This document shows, one piece after another, positions 59,822 through 64,000 of a DNA stretch of 64,000 nt (the stretch's first letter is position 1; the number at the start of each line of letters is the position of its first letter). A program made the translations under genes and the position numbers. The DNA is from an uncultured delta proteobacterium (GTDB lineage: Bacteria > Myxococcota > Myxococcia > Myxococcales > Myxococcaceae). A model generated the notes under the pieces. The model had not been told where the DNA came from. It made no database searches and saw only the letters and a program-made list of their open reading frames with translations. The DNA lies in NCBI GenBank assembly GCA_963776345.1, contig CAVZMH010000003.1, forward strand, positions 128,001 to 192,000. The letters are read 5' to 3'.

Positions 59822-60696
59822 AGCCAACTGTCCACGGCCTGGGCACGGCGGACGCGCCCAAGACGGACATGGATCCACGGGTCAACCGACTTCCGCGTCT
59901 GGAGCGCATGGCTTTCGCCGCGGTGCGAGAGGCCCTCGGTGGACGATCCCTTCCCGACTCACTCGCCCTCGTCTTCGGGACCGGCTACGGAGGGTTGGCA
60001 GCCACGGAGGCCTTCCTCCAGAGCGTCGCATCTCGGGGGATGGCCTACGGGAGCGCGGCGGCATTTCACCAGTCCGTCCATCACTCCCCGGCCGGACAGC
60101 TCTCTCTCGTGCTCGGGATCCGCGGTCCGGTCCTCACCGTCTCCCAGAGGGAACTCTCTGGCGAAGTAGCGCTGCGGGTCGGACTCACGCTGCTGGACCG
60201 CTTCGAGTTCGTTCTGGTCGTTGCTGCCGATGAGAAGACCGCGGTGCTCGAGGCGGCATACCGCGCGTTCGGCGGGGTGTTCCAGGCTGGAGAAGGGGCG
60301 AGTGCGATCCTGCTCGGCCGCGGCGAAGGGCCGCTCTGGATCGAGCGATGCGAGTTGTTCTCACATCCCAGCTCGGTACGCCGCTTTGCCTCCCCGATCC
60401 GCTTCGGACCTCGGCTCGCCGCGGCGATCACCAGCTCGCGCAGCCGGGCGGTCTCGGTCGCCGCTCCCACGGGCGATGTCGAGCGTCACGAACGGGCAGT
60501 GGTCGGTCGCAAAGTTCAGATCCTGCAGGACCAGGCCGCTCTGGGCCAGGTGAGCTTTCATCCCTCTGCGGGTCTGGTGCGCGGTGTCCTGGCGGCGCGT
60601 TACCTACAAACGACCCCTGGCGAGTCGGCGTGCGTCCTGCACGGGCTCGCCCTGGGCGGTGCTCAGTCCATCACGGTCTTGCGGCGTGACTCCTGA
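59818..60696 (+). CDS. Beta-ketoacyl synthase chain-length factor
   Basis: RLPRLERMA, VFGTGYG, AFHQSVHHSPAGQLS, VVAADE; no catalytic residues. Confidence 0.8.
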   Translation: MKPTVHGLGTADAPKTDMDPRVNRLPRLERMAFAAVREALGGRSLPDSLALVFGTGYGGLAATEAFLQSVASRGMAYGSAAAFHQSVHHSPAGQLSLVLGIRGPVLTVSQRELSGEVALRVGLTLLDRFEFVLVVAADEKTAVLEAAYRAFGGVFQAGEGASAILLGRGEGPLWIERCELFSHPSSVRRFASPIRFGPRLAAAITSSRSRAVSVAAPTGDVERHERAVVGRKVQILQDQAALGQVSFHPSAGLVRGVLAARYLQTTPGESACVLHGLALGGAQSITVLRRDS

Positions 60697-61411
60697 GGCC
60701 TTCGTCGGCAGTGGCTTGCTCGCTCTGGGGGGACTGGCGGCGCTGACCGGCACGTGGGCAGTGTTTCACCCTCGATCGACCGTGTTCGGCCCGGTGGTGT
60801 GGCGAGGCCCTCGAGATCGGCCGCGGGCGGCCCTGACGTTCGATGACGGTCCGCATCCGGAGTACACTGAACGGATCGGCGAGATTCTGGCCAGGGAGGG
60901 GGTGCCGGCGACCTTCTTCTGCGTGGGACGGTGCATCGAGCGACATCCACGCATCGCCCGTGAGCTCCACCGGGCCGGCCACGCGCTGCAGAACCACAGC
61001 TTCTCGCACGGCACCGGACGCCACCTCTTTCATACCGACCTGCTCCGTGCCGACCTGCAGCGGTGTCAGGACGCGCTCGTCGGCATCGGCTCGGATCCCC
61101 CGCGCTACTACCGACCGGCGGTGGGGATCCGAAACCCCGTCGTTCACCGTGCGGCACGCGAGGTGGGACTCGAGGTCGTCACCTGGACCCATTCTGCCCG
61201 CGACGGCCTCTTTGCCCTGAACGGAAGAAGGGCCGAGCGGCTCGCTGCTCGGGCGGAGCCGGGGAGCATCCTGGCCTTGCACGATGGGGCGCTCTCCGCT
61301 CGCTTGACGCTTCGGGAGCAAACGGTGCGGCACCTTCCCGAGCTGCTCCGCACGTTGAAGCAGCGGGGGCTCGAGCTCGTGCGGCTCGACCAGCTGCTCA
61401 CACCAGCTTGA
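60686..61411 (+). CDS. Polysaccharide deacetylase (NodB family)
   Basis: ALTFDDGP, ATFFCVG, NHSFSH, YRPAVG, ILALHD; N-terminal TM. Confidence 0.9.
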   Translation: MTPEAFVGSGLLALGGLAALTGTWAVFHPRSTVFGPVVWRGPRDRPRAALTFDDGPHPEYTERIGEILAREGVPATFFCVGRCIERHPRIARELHRAGHALQNHSFSHGTGRHLFHTDLLRADLQRCQDALVGIGSDPPRYYRPAVGIRNPVVHRAAREVGLEVVTWTHSARDGLFALNGRRAERLAARAEPGSILALHDGALSARLTLREQTVRHLPELLRTLKQRGLELVRLDQLLTPA

Positions 61412-62609
61412 CGAGTGCAGCGAGTGTCTTCTCGGGCTCCCGGACGAAAGGGTTGCCCTGGTCGGTCACGTATCCGCCCAGCACCGCTGTGATGGCCCGT
61501 TTGATCTCGGCGTTCCTGTTCGGACCGAACAGGAGACGCGGCAGCTCTCCTGCGTACCAGCTCCGGACGAACGCCTTGAAGACGCCAACGGCTCGACCGA
61601 CCGGACCGTCGTAGTCGGCGTTCCAGTCGACCGACTCTCCGGAGAGCGACCGATCAATCAGTGACGCCGCAATGCTGGAGGACTCGAGCGCGAGCGTGAC
61701 GCCGGAGGAAAAGACCGGGTCCAGAAACTCGGAGGCGTTGCCAGCCACCGCCCAGCGTGGCCCATGGAACCGTGTCACGGCTGCCGCCCACCCCGAGAGC
61801 TTGCCAGTCCTCAGCACCGGGGTGGCGCTCCGCAGCCTTCGGTGGGCGTTCGGGTCTTCATGAAGCAAAGCAAAGAGGCGTTCGCGGTCGCATCCGCCAA
61901 CGCTCTGGTAATCACCTTGCGGCATCACCAGGCCCACCGACGTGCGCCCGTTGGAGAACGGAATGATCCAGGCCCAGGACCCGCGAGGATGGATGCAGAT
62001 CCAGATATCCCCCTCCAGGTCTCCAGACGGGCGGTCGTCCCCCTCGATCCAGGTGAAGAGCGCCATTCTCGGGGGTACTTCGGAGGGCTTCTCCAGCGAG
62101 AGGAGACGGGGCAGGACGCGACCGTAGCCGCTGCAATCCAGCAGGAAGGAGGCCCGCAACTCGAGCCGGCGTTCGGCCTCCACGTCCAGGACGGTCAAGG
62201 AGACCGAGTCAGGACGAAGATCGACCGCTTCGACCCGGTGATTGTAGCGAACCTCCACGCCCTGGCTCCGGGCCGCGGTGGAGAGGGTCTGATCGAAGTC
62301 GTCCCGCGGAACCTGGTAGGTCTGGGAGGCTTGCCCGGGGAAGGCGTCGGCGAAGCAGAAGCGCTCGTGGCGCTCGCCCGCGAGGAAGAGAGCCCCTCTC
62401 TTGGGCTGGTACCCTCGAGCGACCACCGCGTCGAGCAGCCCCGCCGCGGCAAGGAGGTCGTTGCATCGAGGAAGCAGCGACTCGCCGATCTGAAACCGGG
62501 GCAAGGTGCCCGCCTCGAGGGTGATGACGCGCCGGCCCTTCCGGGCGAGCAGCGCGCCGGCAACACTCCCGGCCGGACCCGCTCCGATGATGAGGACGTC
62601 GGCATCCAT
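61398..62609 (-). CDS. Flavin-dependent halogenase-family oxidoreductase
   Basis: IIGAGPAG, RFQIGESLLP, YQPKRG, WAWIIP (WxWxIP), FLDPVFSSGV. Confidence 0.88.
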   Translation of the reverse strand: MDADVLIIGAGPAGSVAGALLARKGRRVITLEAGTLPRFQIGESLLPRCNDLLAAAGLLDAVVARGYQPKRGALFLAGERHERFCFADAFPGQASQTYQVPRDDFDQTLSTAARSQGVEVRYNHRVEAVDLRPDSVSLTVLDVEAERRLELRASFLLDCSGYGRVLPRLLSLEKPSEVPPRMALFTWIEGDDRPSGDLEGDIWICIHPRGSWAWIIPFSNGRTSVGLVMPQGDYQSVGGCDRERLFALLHEDPNAHRRLRSATPVLRTGKLSGWAAAVTRFHGPRWAVAGNASEFLDPVFSSGVTLALESSSIAASLIDRSLSGESVDWNADYDGPVGRAVGVFKAFVRSWYAGELPRLLFGPNRNAEIKRAITAVLGGYVTDQGNPFVREPEKTLAALVKLV

Positions 62610-62658
62610 CGCTAGGCCAGTCGGGCCCGTGGACGCTCGTACCATCTCGTCCGAGGAG

Positions 62659-63186
62659 TCACCCGGGAGCGGGTGCCCGACGCCATCGGCGAATCACGAA
62701 GGTCGTCGCGAGTCCCGCCACGACGGCCAGGACGGCGCCGAGGATTGCGCCACCGAGCACCAGCACGCCGAGGAGGTCGGCGACCTCTCTGAAGCTCCGG
62801 ACTGCGCGCATCGCCTCCACGGACAGTGGAAGCCACTGGCCTCGGAGCGACAGGGCGCCCACCTGGGCATCGGCGAAGAGCACGAACGGAGCGAGGGGCG
62901 GCAAGGAGATCTGGAGCCCGAGCAGCATGGCCACGCGGTTGAGCCGGAGGATCCACGCGAGCCCGAGCCCCACCAAGGTCTGGACCCCGAAGAAAGGGCT
63001 GCAGCCAATCAAGACCCCGAGGCCCACCGCCACTCCCAGCCGGACGGGGTCCGTGTGCTCGTGGATGAGGCGACGCGTCGAGGCTCGCAGCGCGGCGGCC
63101 AGCGCGCGGGCACGCTCCGTGACCTGCGACCACGGAGCAAACCGAGATGCGGTCGCCCCAGACCCAGCTGGTTGACGTCCGGGCAT
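62659..63186 (-). CDS. DUF2062-family membrane protein
   Basis: PVRLGVAVGLGVLIGCSPFFGVQT, LRLNR, ISLPPLAPF. Start uncertain (63186 or 63219). Confidence 0.8.
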   Translation of the reverse strand: MPGRQPAGSGATASRFAPWSQVTERARALAAALRASTRRLIHEHTDPVRLGVAVGLGVLIGCSPFFGVQTLVGLGLAWILRLNRVAMLLGLQISLPPLAPFVLFADAQVGALSLRGQWLPLSVEAMRAVRSFREVADLLGVLVLGGAILGAVLAVVAGLATTFVIRRWRRAPAPG

Positions 63187-63206
63187 CGTTTCGGCATCAC
63201 GCAAGC

Positions 63207-64000
63207 GTGGTCGAGCCACCTATTCCACTCCTGTGCGACGAAGCACGGGCTTGCGTCATCATCCCAGTCTACAACAATGCCTCCACCGTCGGTGACGTGG
63301 TGCGGGGCGTGCACGGCCACTGCTCCACGGTGCTGGTCTGCGACGACGGCTCGACGGACGGCTCGGGGGACGTTGCCGGGGCGGCGGGGGCGATGGTCCT
63401 CCGGCATCCGCGAAACGAAGGCAAGGGTGTCGCGCTGCGGACCCTGCTGGCAGAGGCGCACCGGCAAGGGTTCCGTCATGCGATCTCCATGGACGCCGAT
63501 GGCCAGCACTTCCCCGGCGACCTTCCGCTCTTCGCGGCCGCGCTGATCGACGAACCCGGCTCGATGGTGCTGGGAGTGAGAGACCTGATCGCTGCCGGCG
63601 CCCCACCCTCGAGCGAATTCGGTCGGCGCTGCTCGAACTGGTGGATCTGGTTCGAAACGGGACTTCGCCTGCCCGACACCCAGTCCGGATTCCGCGGATA
63701 CCCGGTCCCGGAGGTGAGCGAGCTCGGGGCAGGACACCGCCGCTACGAATTCGAGACCGACGTGCTGCTCCGGGCGGCGTGGGCTGGCATCCCCATCCGC
63801 TCCCGGCCGATCAAGGTTCTGTACCCGGCGAACCGGATCTCACATTTCCGGCTGGTCCTCGACAACGTCCGGATCGTGGCCTTGAACACGGTTGCCGTCC
63901 TCCGGCATCCGCTGCCGCTCCCGCTCGGGAAGTCGTTGTTCCGCGTTCCACGCCGCCCCGGATGGTCTCTGTTCGAGATCCGGAGGTGGGCCTGGCTGGG
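63207..64000 (+). CDS. Glycosyltransferase family 2, truncated by the right edge
   Basis: Not in the ORF track. Manual translation: VIIPVYNN, VCDDGSTDGS, NEGKGVAL, SMDADGQH, DTQSGFRGYP, RYEFET. Confidence 0.9.
   Translation, partial: MVEPPIPLLCDEARACVIIPVYNNASTVGDVVRGVHGHCSTVLVCDDGSTDGSGDVAGAAGAMVLRHPRNEGKGVALRTLLAEAHRQGFRHAISMDADGQHFPGDLPLFAAALIDEPGSMVLGVRDLIAAGAPPSSEFGRRCSNWWIWFETGLRLPDTQSGFRGYPVPEVSELGAGHRRYEFETDVLLRAAWAGIPIRSRPIKVLYPANRISHFRLVLDNVRIVALNTVAVLRHPLPLPLGKSLFRVPRRPGWSLFEIRRWAWL

Noticed and set aside
56..63737. Numerous long Arg/Pro/Gly-rich or antisense ORFs in the track (e.g. 774-2261, 9828-12032, 21392-23839, 40652-43069)
   Set aside because: Shadow frames of real genes. 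Long open alternative frames are expected at this GC content and show no family motifs.
1..64000. CRISPR array, rRNA, tRNA
   Set aside because: No regularly spaced repeats or RNA-gene signatures seen.

Overview
Very GC-rich bacterial DNA. Gene style and content suggest Myxococcota (Anaeromyxobacter/myxobacterium-like); this is inference. Left to right: (1) a CPA2/Kef-like antiporter (partial), MscS, and a TonB-dependent receptor preceded by a His-rich leader ORF, with a divergent HupE/UreJ nickel permease; (2) a MacAB-type ABC exporter split by a 180-bp MITE-like element; (3) hypFCDE plus a stand-alone crotonase-fold gene, then a group 1 [NiFe]-hydrogenase (small, large, cytochrome b, protease) and a cytochrome c; (4) accessory genes (TerB-like, GerW/YtfJ, Pcm-esterase fusion, DUF302, DAO-type oxidoreductase, VOC); (5) a nine-gene A/V-type ATPase operon; (6) an ABC-2 exporter, a B12/radical-SAM enzyme and a NifA/AnfA-like sigma54 activator; (7) an urtABCDE-ureD-ureAB-ureC-ureF-ureG operon whose urease and accessory proteins look eukaryote-type; (8) from ~50.5 kb, a compositionally distinct aryl-polyene/flexirubin-like PKS cluster with a flavin-dependent halogenase, preceded by a haloperoxidase relic. 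Best leads: a HypX-C-terminal-like enzyme without a formyltransferase domain inside the hyp operon; a shared CGCA-N5-TGCG plus sigma54 promoter architecture on four transcription units; the eukaryote-like urease; and a candidate metal-sensing leader peptide. Several single-base frameshifts suggest long-read indel errors. No tRNA, rRNA or CRISPR was seen. All family comparisons are from memory; no searches were run.
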